64,000 nucleotides of DNA from Longimicrobiales bacterium (GTDB lineage: Bacteria; Gemmatimonadota; Gemmatimonadetes; Longimicrobiales; Gaopeijiaceae). The translations under genes and the position numbers were made by a program. Under the pieces are notes generated by a model, which searched no databases, was not told the DNA's origin, and worked only from the letters and a program-made list of their open reading frames with translations. Positions 37,446 to 47,923 of this stretch are shown one piece after another. Numbering within the stretch: position 1 is the first letter of the stretch; each line of letters starts with the position of its first letter. The stretch covers positions 1 to 64,000 of the forward strand of contig CBDAON010000004.1 in the NCBI GenBank assembly GCA_965198065.1. The letters are read 5' to 3'.

Positions 37446-39560
37446 ATGTCCAACCAGACCGCAGACCAGCCCGACCAATCCTCTCCTGTCGGCCTCTCTC
37501 CCGAGCTGTCGAGGGATCCGTACGGTGAGGAGCAGATGGATATCTCGCGCGACGACTTCGAGGCCATGCTCGATGAGTTCGGCGGGGAGATGCAGAATGC
37601 CCGGGAGGGCGAGATCGTGAAGGCGAAGGTCCTCTCCCTCACGGAAGGCTCCGTCATCTTGGAGTTCGGCTTCAAGAGCGAGGGATCCGTTCCCCTCGAC
37701 GAGTTCAAAGATCCTCAGGCGCTCTCGCCCGGAGACGAGGTCGAGGTGCTCCTCGAGAGCCTGGAGGACGATGACGGAGTCGTCGTCCTCTCCAAGCGTA
37801 AAGCGGACTTCCTCCGAGTGTGGGAGAAGATCAAGGAGGCTTACGAGAACGATCGCCCCGTGAAGGGCACGCTCGCCCGTAAGATCAAGGGCGGCGTGAC
37901 GGTGGACCTAATGGGGGTGGACGCCTTCCTGCCGGGCTCGCAGATCGCGCTTCGAAGAGTTCCACACATCGAGGATCTCCTCGGCGAGACGCACAGGTTC
38001 AAGATCATCAAGCTGAACAAGCGCAGGCGGAACATCGTGGTGTCCCGGCGCGTGATCTTGGAGGCGGAGCGCGAGAAGAAGCGGGAGAACCTGGTGAAGG
38101 AGCTTCTGGTGGGGCAGGTGCGCGAGGGGCTCGTGAAGAACATCACGGACTTCGGCGCCTTTATCGATCTGGGCGGGCTTGACGGGCTCCTCCACATCAC
38201 GGACATGTCGTGGGGTCGGGTGGGGCACCCGTCCGAGGTCGTTCAGATCGGGCAGGCGGTGGACGTGAAGCTCCTGGACATCGACTGGGACCGCGAGCGC
38301 ATCTCTCTCGGGCTCAAGCAACTCCTCCCCTACCCGTGGACGGACATCGACAAGAAGTATCCGGTGGGCTCGCGGGTCCGCGGGAAGGTCGTGTCCATCA
38401 CGAACTACGGGGCCTTCGTGGAGCTGGAGAAGGGCGTCGAGGGTCTCGTGCACATTTCCGAGATGTCCTGGACGCGGAACATCCGGCATCCGTCGAAGCT
38501 CGTCTCGATCGGGGACGAGATCGAGGCCGTGGTCCTCAAGGTGGACCCGAACGACGAGAAGATCTCGCTCGGGATGAAGCAGATCGAGGAAGATCCTTGG
38601 CTCTCCCTCCCCATGCGATACCCGACCGGGGAGATCCTCGCAGGCACGGTCAGGAACCTCACCTCGTTCGGTGCTTTCGTCGAGATCGAGCCTGGTATAG
38701 ACGGCCTCGTACACGTCTCGGACATGAGCTGGACGAAGCGGGTGGAGCATCCCTCGGAGGTGATCGAGGGGGCCGACGTCCAGGTCATGGTCCTGGACAT
38801 CGACTCGGAGCAGAAGCGGATCTCGCTCGGAATCAAGCAGCTCTCGGAGGACCCGTGGCCGGGAATCGCGGAGCGCTTCTCGCCAGGTGTCGAGTGGCAG
38901 GGGAAGGTCACGCGGCTGCAAGAGAAGGGCGTCGTAGTTGACCTCGGCGACGACATCGAGGGCTTCGTGCCCGCTTCTCACGCGGTGGTGGACGACGCCA
39001 GCCGCCTGGACGAGTATTACCGACCCGGGGAGCCGGTGGACCTTCGCGTGCTCGAGTCCGACGCGGCGAACCGGAGGATCGTCCTCGAGGTCACCTCGCA
39101 GCCGGAACATCAGCCGCGACCGGAAGGTGCGGAGGGTGCCCCCGAAGGGCAGGTAACGGCCGAAGAGACAACGGCGCCAGGTGAGGCGTCCACCGAAGCG
39201 CCGGGTGAAGTGCCCTCCGAAGCATCCGGTGAGGCGCCCACCGAAGCGTCAGGCGACGCATCCACCGAAGCGCCGGGTGAAGTGCCCTCCGAAGCATCGG
39301 GTGAGGCGCCCACCGAAGCGTCAGGCGAAGCATCCACCGAAGCCTCGGGCGAGGCGTCCACCGAAGCGCCGGGTGAAGTGCCTTCCGAAGCCTCGGGTGA
39401 GGTGCTCACCGAAGCGTCAGGCGAGCCGTCCACCGAAGCCTCGGGCGAGCCGTCCGCTGAAGCCTCGGGCGAGCGGTCCATCGAAAAGTCAGGCGAGCCG
39501 TCCACCGAAGCCTCCGCCGCGTCCCCTGAAGAGGGCGAGACCGCGTCGGACACGGGCTGA
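37446..39560 (+). CDS. rpsA: 30S ribosomal protein S1 with long acidic repeat tail
   Basis: Six S1 repeats (AFLPGSQ, DFGAFIDLGG.DGLLH, YGAFVE...EGLVH, FGAFVE...DGLVH). Start could be 37374. Confidence 0.96.
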   Translation: MSNQTADQPDQSSPVGLSPELSRDPYGEEQMDISRDDFEAMLDEFGGEMQNAREGEIVKAKVLSLTEGSVILEFGFKSEGSVPLDEFKDPQALSPGDEVEVLLESLEDDDGVVVLSKRKADFLRVWEKIKEAYENDRPVKGTLARKIKGGVTVDLMGVDAFLPGSQIALRRVPHIEDLLGETHRFKIIKLNKRRRNIVVSRRVILEAEREKKRENLVKELLVGQVREGLVKNITDFGAFIDLGGLDGLLHITDMSWGRVGHPSEVVQIGQAVDVKLLDIDWDRERISLGLKQLLPYPWTDIDKKYPVGSRVRGKVVSITNYGAFVELEKGVEGLVHISEMSWTRNIRHPSKLVSIGDEIEAVVLKVDPNDEKISLGMKQIEEDPWLSLPMRYPTGEILAGTVRNLTSFGAFVEIEPGIDGLVHVSDMSWTKRVEHPSEVIEGADVQVMVLDIDSEQKRISLGIKQLSEDPWPGIAERFSPGVEWQGKVTRLQEKGVVVDLGDDIEGFVPASHAVVDDASRLDEYYRPGEPVDLRVLESDAANRRIVLEVTSQPEHQPRPEGAEGAPEGQVTAEETTAPGEASTEAPGEVPSEASGEAPTEASGDASTEAPGEVPSEASGEAPTEASGEASTEASGEASTEAPGEVPSEASGEVLTEASGEPSTEASGEPSAEASGERSIEKSGEPSTEASAASPEEGETASDTG
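39175..39515 (+). repeat. Degenerate 24-bp tandem repeat (8-aa unit such as EASGEAST/EAPGEVPS) in the rpsA tail
   Basis: Recurring CCACCGAAGC...GG(T/C)GA every 24 nt, with a 72-nt higher-order repeat (TEAPGEVPSEASGEAPTEASG twice). Confidence 0.9.
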
Positions 39561-39587
39561 GGGTCGCGTCGGCGGAGACGTCAGGGC

Positions 39588-41465
39588 GTGCGACACACGG
39601 CAGGCTTTCAGCGGAGTTCAGTAGGACGCCTCTCGGTTCCCCTGTGCGGCTGTGCGATCGCGCTGGCCGGATGTGCGCTGGCGGGAGGTAGTGCGCCTGG
39701 CGGCGCGACAGACACGTCCCTTCCGGACGCGCCCCCGATCCGCATTGGGCTTCGGACCGAAGCCGAGGCGCGCGCGGCCGTAACGCTGTTGACGGAGGGG
39801 GAGGAGCTTCTTCGCGAGGGAAGCTTCGCCGAGGCGAGGGAGCGGGCCGAGGCGGTCGAGCGGGACTATCCGGAAGCGACCGGCTCGAGCCTCGCCCTCT
39901 GGCTCGGAGCGCGCGCGGCGGCCCGGCTGGACGACTGGCCGGGGTCCCGATCATTCGTCGAGCGTTATCTGGAGGTCGTGGGCCCGGTTGGTCCCTATTA
40001 CGCCGCCGCCGTCCTTCTGCACGCCGAGGCCCTGTGGGAGACGGGAAGCAGAGACGCGCTCGACGCGCTCCTCGCGGTCCCGTCCGACGCAGGGGAGGAC
40101 GTGCTCGCCACGGGCGACTCGCTGGCGATCGCGCTCGGGCGCGGCATGGAGACATCGGAGCTCAGCGAGCTCATCGCCGGACCTTCCGGACACCCGAGAT
40201 TCTTCCCTTCGTTCGTGGCCGAGATGGGGGTCCGGAGGTACCTGGCCGGGGCCGAGGCCGAGGGGAGGGCGCTGGCGGAGCGGGCGCTCGCTATGGCGCC
40301 CGGGCCCAGCGTCGCCGCCCGGGCCCGAAGCGTCGTCGAGGGCAGGGTGGAGGAAGAGCTCCCTGTGTCGGCCCGGTTGGGTGCCATCCTTACGGGCTCG
40401 GGAGCCCCCACGTTCGTCCAGCTCTCGCAGGCGATCCGGGAGGGCGTGGAGTTGGCCCTGGCTGAGGTTGCGGGAGCGAGTCCCCTCAGCCTCGCGTCCG
40501 ACGCGGGAGACCCGGCCCGCGTGGCCCTGGCCATCCAGGGTTTCGAGCGGACGGGAGCCGTCGGGGTCGTGGGCCCGCTGGTGGATCCCCTCCTCGAGGC
40601 GGCCGCGCGTTCGCGGACCGGCCTGCTTCCCATCGTGTCCCCCACGGCCGCAACCGTCCCGGACGGGCTCGAGGGCGTTTTTTCCCTCGGCGGCGTCGAC
40701 CCCGAGGCGGGACGGGCGCTCGCGGCCCTCGTCTCGGCGGAGGGCATGCGGGACGTCGTGGTTCTCCACCCCTCGTCGGTGGACATGTTCGAGGAGGCCG
40801 GGTGGTTCCGGCAGGCCCTCGGGGGCGCGGGCGGGCCGTACGTACGTACGTTGACCTACCCTGTAGGCACGACCGGATTCGGGCCTTACCTCGAGGAAGT
40901 GATCAGGCTCATCCCGACCGAGCTGGTCCCGGTTGAGGTGACCCCCGATTCGACTGAGCTGGTCCGGACGGTGATGGCTCCGGCGGGGCTCGTCGTGCTG
41001 CTCTCTCCGGGGACGGACGACGTCGAGCTCTTGGCACCGCAGATCTCTTTTTACGGTGTGCGCGAGATCCAGGGCCTCCAGCTGTTCGGCAGCGAGAGCT
41101 GGACGGAGTCGGCCGTCCTGGAAGCAATCCAGCCGAGGCATACGGACGGCGTGCTCGCCGTGACGAGCTGGCCCCAGGAGGGCGAGTTCGGGCCGGCATG
41201 GCCCCGGTTCGTGGCCGCGTACGAGGGGCACTTCCAGCAGACGCTTCGCTCACCGACGGCAGCCCTCGGGTACGATGCCGCCCGCCTGCTACTCACCGCC
41301 GCGCGACTGGGTGGAGGCGTTCCTTCCGGGACGTTGCGCGCCCTGAGGGAGATCCGCGACTTCGCCGGCGCGACGGGCGTGCTCTCTGTGGTGGACGACC
41401 GCATCGTGCGCCGGCATTACCCCGTTCGGATCGAGAGCCGGCGGCTCGTTCCCCTTTTGCCCTGA
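39588..41465 (+). CDS. Lipoprotein, LppC/LpoA-like (TPR + periplasmic-binding-protein fold)
   Basis: Lipobox LAGC, TPR-like helices, IREGVELA, VVGPL, ALGYDAARLL and GATG.L. Confidence 0.75.
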   Translation: MRHTAGFQRSSVGRLSVPLCGCAIALAGCALAGGSAPGGATDTSLPDAPPIRIGLRTEAEARAAVTLLTEGEELLREGSFAEARERAEAVERDYPEATGSSLALWLGARAAARLDDWPGSRSFVERYLEVVGPVGPYYAAAVLLHAEALWETGSRDALDALLAVPSDAGEDVLATGDSLAIALGRGMETSELSELIAGPSGHPRFFPSFVAEMGVRRYLAGAEAEGRALAERALAMAPGPSVAARARSVVEGRVEEELPVSARLGAILTGSGAPTFVQLSQAIREGVELALAEVAGASPLSLASDAGDPARVALAIQGFERTGAVGVVGPLVDPLLEAAARSRTGLLPIVSPTAATVPDGLEGVFSLGGVDPEAGRALAALVSAEGMRDVVVLHPSSVDMFEEAGWFRQALGGAGGPYVRTLTYPVGTTGFGPYLEEVIRLIPTELVPVEVTPDSTELVRTVMAPAGLVVLLSPGTDDVELLAPQISFYGVREIQGLQLFGSESWTESAVLEAIQPRHTDGVLAVTSWPQEGEFGPAWPRFVAAYEGHFQQTLRSPTAALGYDAARLLLTAARLGGGVPSGTLRALREIRDFAGATGVLSVVDDRIVRRHYPVRIESRRLVPLLP

Positions 41466-42754
41466 ACGGGTCGCCGACCCTCCCCGAATCCGTCCGGATC
41501 GACGGGATCACGTCCGAGGGGGCGGGTGCCGGACGCCTCGCCGACGGCCGGGTCGTGTTCGTCCACCGTTCCGCTCCGGGCGATCGGATTCGGCTGGCGC
41601 TCACGAAAGAGGCTGGGCGGTGGACTCGGGGCCGGCTCGTCGAGGTCGTGGCATCGGGACCCCACCGTCGAGCGGCCCCATGTCCTTACCATGATCGGTG
41701 CGGGGGGTGCACGCTCCAGCACGTCGAGTACTCGGCTCAGCTCGCGGTCAAGGGGAAGGTCGTGACGGACGCCCTCCGGAGGATCGGGGGGCTCGACGCC
41801 ATGCCGGAGCCCGAGCTCAGGGACTCCCCGTCCGAGTGGCGGTACAGGAACCGGGTGACCTTCACGCTCCGCCGGACGGGGGCGAGCGTGACGGCTGGCT
41901 TCCACGCCCTCGAGGACCCCGCTTCGGTCGTGGACGTGGACGAGCGATGCCTCCTGCCAGAGGGTCCGGTCGCCGAGGCGTGGGCCGCGCTCCGCCGGTC
42001 GTGGGGGCCGGAGGCCCGCCACCTGCCCTCGGGAGCGGAGCTTCACCTCACGCTCCGGGCCAACCATCGGGGAGACGTGCTCCTTCTCGTGCGGGGGGGC
42101 CGAGGGCGTGGAAATCCGGAGCTCCTACTCGAGCGCATCCCGCCCGTTCGGGCGATCTGGAAGGCGTTCGGTCGAAAGGGCGGACCTCCCCGTCTCCTGG
42201 CGGGGGCGGAGAGACTCGAGGAGGAGTGGTACGGTGAGCCCCTCGATCTCGTACCAGGGGCCTTCCTGCAGGGGAATCGCGAGGCCGCGAAGCGACTCCA
42301 CGACGCGGTCCTGGGCGAGCTCGGGGAAGTCCGCGGCAAGCGGCTCGTGGATGCGTACTGCGGGTTCGGGCTCTACGGACTCGTCTCCGCAAGGCGAGGC
42401 GCGAGCGCCGTGGGCATCGAATCGGACCCGGCCGGGCTCCAGATGGCCGGCGGCCTCGGGGCCGAGGGGTTCCGCATCCTGGCCGGCACCGTCCAGGAGC
42501 GCTTACCGGACGCGCTTCCCGCCGATCTCGTGGTCGTGAATCCGCCCCGCCGTGGGATTGCGTCAGGCGTCGCGGAGATGCTCGTGACCGGGGTCACGGA
42601 GCGGATCGTGTACGTGAGCTGCGACCCCGCCACTCTGGCCCGGGACGTCCGCCGTCTCCGGGGCGGCTTCGAAATCCGGCGTCTCCAGGTGTTCGACCTG
42701 TTCCCTCAGACGGTGCACGTCGAAGTCGTCCTGACCCTCGACCGCAGCCGGTGA
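41462..42754 (+). CDS. rlmD: 23S rRNA m5U methyltransferase (RlmD/TrmA family)
   Basis: TRAM domain, C..CGGC..QH, YRNR, DAYCGFG, NPPRRG, YVSCDPATLARD and DLFPQT.HVE. Start inferred at CTG overlapping the upstream TGA. Confidence 0.88.
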   Translation: MNGSPTLPESVRIDGITSEGAGAGRLADGRVVFVHRSAPGDRIRLALTKEAGRWTRGRLVEVVASGPHRRAAPCPYHDRCGGCTLQHVEYSAQLAVKGKVVTDALRRIGGLDAMPEPELRDSPSEWRYRNRVTFTLRRTGASVTAGFHALEDPASVVDVDERCLLPEGPVAEAWAALRRSWGPEARHLPSGAELHLTLRANHRGDVLLLVRGGRGRGNPELLLERIPPVRAIWKAFGRKGGPPRLLAGAERLEEEWYGEPLDLVPGAFLQGNREAAKRLHDAVLGELGEVRGKRLVDAYCGFGLYGLVSARRGASAVGIESDPAGLQMAGGLGAEGFRILAGTVQERLPDALPADLVVVNPPRRGIASGVAEMLVTGVTERIVYVSCDPATLARDVRRLRGGFEIRRLQVFDLFPQTVHVEVVLTLDRSR

Positions 42755-42811
42755 CCCGTTAGGTTTCAGCCACGGCCTGACGCAAACGTCGCCGCGAGCA
42801 CGGCAAACCGC

Positions 42812-43162
42812 ATGCCCACGTACGAGTACCGCTGCACCGCCGGTCACGACTTCGATCTCGTCCAGAAGATGTCGGCCGAGCCGCGCGCCAGCTGTCCCGA
42901 ATGCGGCAGTGAGGCACGGCGCCTCCTCTCGGCCGGGGCCGGCCTCCTCTTCAAGGGAGAGGGATTCTACATCACCGACTACCGATCCGATGCCTACCGG
43001 GAGGCTCAGAAGGCTGAGACGAAGGGCGGGGAAGGAGCAAAGCCGGAGGCGAGCAAGGGGAAGGACGCCGGATCCGACGGAGCGAAGCCCTCGAAGCCGA
43101 AGGCCGGCAGCGGAGCCTCCTCGAAGCCGGGGAAGCCGCCCGCTTCGGGCTCATCCCCCTGA
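42812..43162 (+). CDS. FmdB-family zinc-ribbon protein
   Basis: MPTYEYRC..GH.F...CPECG...FKGEGFYITDY. Confidence 0.92.
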   Translation: MPTYEYRCTAGHDFDLVQKMSAEPRASCPECGSEARRLLSAGAGLLFKGEGFYITDYRSDAYREAQKAETKGGEGAKPEASKGKDAGSDGAKPSKPKAGSGASSKPGKPPASGSSP

Positions 43163-43169
43163 GCGCGGG

Positions 43170-44882
43170 ATGACGCTGGAGCGCGTGCGCGGGCTCGTCG
43201 AAGCAGCCCTCTGCGAGCTCGGGGTCGAGAACGTCGAGGTGCGCCTCGAGCGTCCTCGCGACCCGACGCATGGAGATCTTGCGACCAACGTGGCGCTCTC
43301 CCTCGCGTCCAGGCTCGGTAAGCCTCCTCGTGTCATCGCGCAGACGATCGCCGAACGGATCCCCACCGGGTCGGGGGGCGTCGAGTCCGTCGAGGTCGCG
43401 GGACCAGGGTTCCTGAACTTCCGGATCTCGTCCGCCGCGGTCGGCAGCATCCTGGAGCAGATCCTGGCCGCAGACGAGCGCTGGGGCCGCCTCGAAGTCG
43501 GGCACGGCGAGCGGGTGAACGTGGAGTTCGTGTCCGCGAACCCAACCGGCCTCCTCCACATCGGGCACGGCAGGCAGGCCGCGCTCGGCGACGCCATCGC
43601 CTCGCTCCTGGAGTGGACGGGGTGGTCCGCGTACCGCGAGTTCTACTACAACGACGCGGGCCGCCAGATCGAGCGACTCTCGGAGAGCCTACTGGCGCGC
43701 TATCGCCAGCAGCTTGGGCAGGACGCGGACTTTCCCGAGGACGGCTATCACGGCGACATCGTCGTCGAGCTCGCGAAGGAGCTGATCGAGAAGGAGGGCG
43801 ACCGCTGGCTCAGTGCGGACGAGACGGAGGCACTCGAGCGGATGCGCCGCTACGGGATCTCCCGTCTCCGGGAGGAGCAGGACAGGGACCTCGCGGCCTT
43901 CGGGGTGCGCTTCGATCACTATTTCCTCGAGTCGTCCCTCTACGAGGACGGGCTGGTCGTGGCCACTGTCGAGCGGCTCCGCAAGACCGGCCTTGTCTTC
44001 GATCTCGACGGGGCGGTGTGGCTCCGCACGACCCGATTCGGGGACCAGAAGGACCGCGTGATGGTAAAGTCGGACGGGTCAGCCACGTACTTCCTTCCCG
44101 ACGTTGCCTACCACGTGACAAAGTGGGAGCGCGGCTTCCACCACGCCGTGAACATTCAGGGGGCCGACCATCACGGCACGGTGGCCCGCGTGAGGGCGGG
44201 GCTCCAGGCGCTCGAGCTTCCCGAAGGATACCCGGAGTACGTCCTGCACCAGATGGTCACGGTCGAAGAGGGGGGCCGGGAGGTCAAGTTCTCCAAGCGT
44301 GCCGGCGATTACGTGACCCTCCGGGAGCTCGTGCGGGAGGTCGGCGCGGACGTGACGCGCTACTTCTTCCTCATGCGAAAGCCCGACGGGCACTTGGTCT
44401 TCGATCTGGAGCAGGCCTTGGACCAATCAGACCGGAATCCTGTCTACAAGGTCAAGTACGCCCACGCCCGCATGTGCTCCATCTTCCGGAAGGTGGGGGT
44501 GGACCAGGCCGACGTGGGCCCGGGGTGGGGCGATCCCGCGCTCCTCGTCGAGGAAGGGGAGCGTGAGCTGATCCGCCAGCTCGGGGAGTTTGGGGAGCTT
44601 GTCCGGAAGGCGGCCGAGCTCAGGGCCCCACACCTGGTTTGCGAGTACCTCGACCGGACGGCAGGCGCCGTGAATTCGTGGTATCATGCCGGGAACCCGA
44701 CGAGAGACCCGAGGCTCGCCGTCCTCGTGGATGATCTGGAACTTCGGCGAGCGCGGCTGATGCTCACCCGCGGGGCTCGGGTCGTTCTCCGAAACGGGCT
44801 CCGCCTCCTGGGGCTGGACGCGCCCGAGGCGATGCGGCGGGAGGAGGAGGGAGGGTCTATCCAAGAGCAGGGAAGGGGGTAG
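43170..44882 (+). CDS. argS: Arginine-tRNA ligase
   Basis: HGDLATN, AGPGFLN, VEFVSANPTG.LHIGH, GADHHG, KFSKR and YAHAR. Confidence 0.97.
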   Translation: MTLERVRGLVEAALCELGVENVEVRLERPRDPTHGDLATNVALSLASRLGKPPRVIAQTIAERIPTGSGGVESVEVAGPGFLNFRISSAAVGSILEQILAADERWGRLEVGHGERVNVEFVSANPTGLLHIGHGRQAALGDAIASLLEWTGWSAYREFYYNDAGRQIERLSESLLARYRQQLGQDADFPEDGYHGDIVVELAKELIEKEGDRWLSADETEALERMRRYGISRLREEQDRDLAAFGVRFDHYFLESSLYEDGLVVATVERLRKTGLVFDLDGAVWLRTTRFGDQKDRVMVKSDGSATYFLPDVAYHVTKWERGFHHAVNIQGADHHGTVARVRAGLQALELPEGYPEYVLHQMVTVEEGGREVKFSKRAGDYVTLRELVREVGADVTRYFFLMRKPDGHLVFDLEQALDQSDRNPVYKVKYAHARMCSIFRKVGVDQADVGPGWGDPALLVEEGERELIRQLGEFGELVRKAAELRAPHLVCEYLDRTAGAVNSWYHAGNPTRDPRLAVLVDDLELRRARLMLTRGARVVLRNGLRLLGLDAPEAMRREEEGGSIQEQGRG

Positions 44883-44883
44883 C

Positions 44884-45813
44884 ATGTCCATCCTCGTCGT
44901 CGGAAGCGTGGCGCTCGACACGCTCGAGACGCCCTTCGGCCGCGAGACGGACATCGTGGGGGGATCCGCCGTCCACTTTTCGGCTTCGGCCTCGCTATTC
45001 GCTCCGGTTCAGCTCGTCGCGGTCGTGGGAGAGGACTATCCCCGATCTCGCCTCGACTTCCTGTCCGAGCGGAGTGTGGACCTCGCGGGGCTCGAGACCC
45101 GCTCAGGAGAGAGCTTTCGCTGGTCCGGGCGGTACGGCGACGACCTCTCGACCGCGCACACCCTCGAGACGCGGCTCGGGGTCTTCGCCAACTTCCACCC
45201 GCGAATCCCCGACACCTTCAAGTCTCCCGGCATCGTCTTCCTCGGGAACATCGATCCGGTCCTCCAGCTCGAGGTGCTGGACTCCGTCGGGGAGCCCGAG
45301 ATCGCCGCGTGCGACACAATGAACTTCTGGATCGAAGGCAAGCGACTGGAGCTGGTCCGGGTTCTCGAGCGGGTGGACGTCCTCTTCGTGAACGACGCCG
45401 AGATCCGGCAGCTGGCGGAGGAGCCGAACCTGTTGAGGGCCGCACGGTGGGTGCAGGAGCGGGGACCGGGGAGAGTGGTGGTCAAGAAGGGGGAGCACGG
45501 TGCGGTGCTCTTCGACGGGGACGAGATCTTCTTCGTTCCCAGCTATCCGCTGGAGCAGACGAGGGATCCTACGGGAGCGGGCGACAGCTTCGCGGGGGGG
45601 GTGCTCGGGTTCCTTCACTACGTCGGCGACGCCTCGCGCGCCTCGCTACGGCGGGCCGCCGTCTACGGGTCGGCCGTGGCCTCGTTCTGTGTCGAGGACT
45701 TCGGGGTCTCCCGGGTCGAGCGGCTGACGCCCGACGAGGTCGCCGACCGGGTCCGGGAGCTTCGCGACATGACCCACTTCGAGATCGTTCCGTCGCCGTC
45801 TGGGGTGTCGTGA
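44884..45813 (+). CDS. PfkB-family carbohydrate/nucleoside kinase
   Basis: VVGSVALD, GGSA, KKGEHGA and DPTGAGDSFAGG. Confidence 0.93.
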   Translation: MSILVVGSVALDTLETPFGRETDIVGGSAVHFSASASLFAPVQLVAVVGEDYPRSRLDFLSERSVDLAGLETRSGESFRWSGRYGDDLSTAHTLETRLGVFANFHPRIPDTFKSPGIVFLGNIDPVLQLEVLDSVGEPEIAACDTMNFWIEGKRLELVRVLERVDVLFVNDAEIRQLAEEPNLLRAARWVQERGPGRVVVKKGEHGAVLFDGDEIFFVPSYPLEQTRDPTGAGDSFAGGVLGFLHYVGDASRASLRRAAVYGSAVASFCVEDFGVSRVERLTPDEVADRVRELRDMTHFEIVPSPSGVS

Positions 45814-46844
45814 GCGGTCGGCGTGGGCTGGACTACCGGTCCGCGGGTGTGGATCTCGAGAAGGCCGACCGCGAGAAGGAGGGGTTCCGCGACCTACTCG
45901 AGTCCACCCGAGACGGGCGGACCCTGTCGGGGCTCGGGCTCTTCGGCGGGCTCTACCAGGTGCCTCCCGAGGTTGGCGATCCCGTGCTCGTCTCCTCCGC
46001 GGACGGGGTCGGATCGAAGCTCAAGGTGGCCTTCCTGTCCGGTGTCCACGATACGGTCGGTCGGGACATCGTGAATCACTGCGCGAACGACATCCTCGTC
46101 CAGGGCGCCGTCCCCCTGTTCTTTCTGGACTACCTCGCCGTCGGGGTGGTCGCGGAGGACGTCGTCCAGGCGGTCGTGCGAGGGGTCTCGGAGGGATGCC
46201 GGGAGAACTGCTGCGTCCTCCTCGGCGGCGAGACGGCGCAGATGCCCGACTTCTACGCGGCGGGCGAGTTCGATCTGGCGGGGTTCGTCGTCGGGATCGT
46301 CTCCCGCGATCGGATTCTCGACGGGAACGGGGTCCGCGCGGGGGACGTTCTCCTGGGCCTCCCTTCCTCCGGCCTCCATACGAACGGTTACACCCTCGCT
46401 CGAAAGATCCTCTTCGACGCCGGCGGGCTCCATGTGGACGACCCGTTTCCCGGGCTCGACGGCTCGGTGGGCGAGGTGCTCCTCCGGGTTCACCGGAGCT
46501 ATCTCCCGCTTCTCCGTGGAGAGCTGGAGCGTGGGTCGCTTCGGGCGCTGGCCCACGTTACGGGCGGGGGAATCCCGGGGAACCTCCCGCGCTCCCTTCC
46601 TGCCGGACTCGGGGCCGAGATTCGGCGGGACTCGTGGTCGGTGCCGCCGCTCTTCCGATCGCTCCAGGAGATGGGATCGGTGGAGGAAGAGGAGATGTTC
46701 CGCGTCTTCAACATGGGCGTGGGGATGGTGCTGGTCGTCTCTCCGGAAGACGCCGAATCGGTGTTCGGGCGACTCGAGACGTCGGGCGAGCGAGCTTGGG
46801 TCCTCGGGCACGTGGTGACGGAGCCCGGTGTCCGCTTCATCTGA
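45810..46844 (+). CDS. purM: AIR synthetase
   Basis: Y..AGVD, DGVGSK, GGETAQMP, SSGLHTNGY, HVTGGG and FNMG.G. Confidence 0.97.
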   Translation: MSGRRGLDYRSAGVDLEKADREKEGFRDLLESTRDGRTLSGLGLFGGLYQVPPEVGDPVLVSSADGVGSKLKVAFLSGVHDTVGRDIVNHCANDILVQGAVPLFFLDYLAVGVVAEDVVQAVVRGVSEGCRENCCVLLGGETAQMPDFYAAGEFDLAGFVVGIVSRDRILDGNGVRAGDVLLGLPSSGLHTNGYTLARKILFDAGGLHVDDPFPGLDGSVGEVLLRVHRSYLPLLRGELERGSLRALAHVTGGGIPGNLPRSLPAGLGAEIRRDSWSVPPLFRSLQEMGSVEEEEMFRVFNMGVGMVLVVSPEDAESVFGRLETSGERAWVLGHVVTEPGVRFI

Positions 46845-47901
46845 CCCTCCCGCGCCCACTACGGGGGCTCCCGCCATGGGGCCCGTGCGCGGTCGGCCGC
46901 TCACCGTATGCGGCCGGCCCCTAGCGGTGCTCGGGCTCGCGCTCGTCCTGCCCGGCGCGGCCCATGCGCAGGGGGACGTCGAGGCGCTCTACGCCGCGTG
47001 CTCCGAAGACGCGAGTGACACGGTGGCCGGTCGTTGCGCGGATGCGGCACTGACGATGGAGGCGCTCATGGGGGGTGTCGGCCTGCTCATGAGCGCCGGC
47101 AGCGCGCTTCCCGTGAGCCCGAGTACGGCGGGCCGGCGCTTCGCGACCCAGCCTCGGGTGGTCGTGGATGCGGGGCTCGCGTGGTCCACCGTGCGGCATC
47201 CGGACTTGTCGTCGCCCCTCGATGTGGACGGGCCTCCCGACCGCCGGAGCTTCCTTTACGGGGCCAAGCTCAGCGTGGTCGTCGGCGTCTTCGAAGGGTT
47301 CTCTCCGGTCCCGGGGGTCGGGGGCTTGCTGTCTCTGGACGGGATCGGGGGCGCCCAGCTCCTCCAGGTGGACGGGCTGGACGGGGCCACCGAGTCCGTG
47401 GGGTCGTGGGGCGGTGGCGTTCGCCTAGGCTTGTTCCGGGAGTCGTTCTCGCTTCCCGGCGTAACCCTTTCGGCGACGTACCACCGTGCGGGTGAGATGG
47501 AGTACGGGAACACGGGGGCCAACGGCGGAACCATCGGAATGCGGCTGCGGGCGCGCTCTCTCCGGGCCGTCGTCGGGAAGGACCTTCTAGCCGTCGGGAT
47601 TTCGGCCGGAGCCGGATGGGACGAGTACACGGCGTCTGCCCGGATCACGGCCCGGGGGTCCCTCGAGCTTCCGTCGGCCCCGCCCGAGCTCGAGGAGCGG
47701 TCCGCCGGCCCGGTGGACTCCGTCGTGAGGAAGCGTTACGTGTTCGGGGGGGCCAACCTGACCTGGCTCGTGGCCCAGCTCGCCGGCGAGGTCGCGTGGG
47801 TCTGGGAGGGCTCCTCGGCTCCCTCGATCGAGGGGAGCGGCCCGTACAGTCCCGGAGAGATGGAGCTTCTCGGTGCCGTCACGGTCCGAATCACCTATTG
47901 A
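46828..47901 (+). CDS. Hypothetical exported/outer-membrane beta-barrel protein
   Basis: Signal peptide (AAHA), amphipathic strands and terminal aromatic residue; start uncertain (46876 possible). Confidence 0.65.
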   Translation: MSASSDPPAPTTGAPAMGPVRGRPLTVCGRPLAVLGLALVLPGAAHAQGDVEALYAACSEDASDTVAGRCADAALTMEALMGGVGLLMSAGSALPVSPSTAGRRFATQPRVVVDAGLAWSTVRHPDLSSPLDVDGPPDRRSFLYGAKLSVVVGVFEGFSPVPGVGGLLSLDGIGGAQLLQVDGLDGATESVGSWGGGVRLGLFRESFSLPGVTLSATYHRAGEMEYGNTGANGGTIGMRLRARSLRAVVGKDLLAVGISAGAGWDEYTASARITARGSLELPSAPPELEERSAGPVDSVVRKRYVFGGANLTWLVAQLAGEVAWVWEGSSAPSIEGSGPYSPGEMELLGAVTVRITY

Positions 47902-47923
47902 AGGGGCGGGTGCGCTTGCCTCG

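Noticed and set aside
39175..39515. Regularly spaced repeats considered as a possible CRISPR array
   Set aside because: Contiguous degenerate 24-bp coding repeats with no unique spacers, in frame within rpsA; no cas genes in the window.
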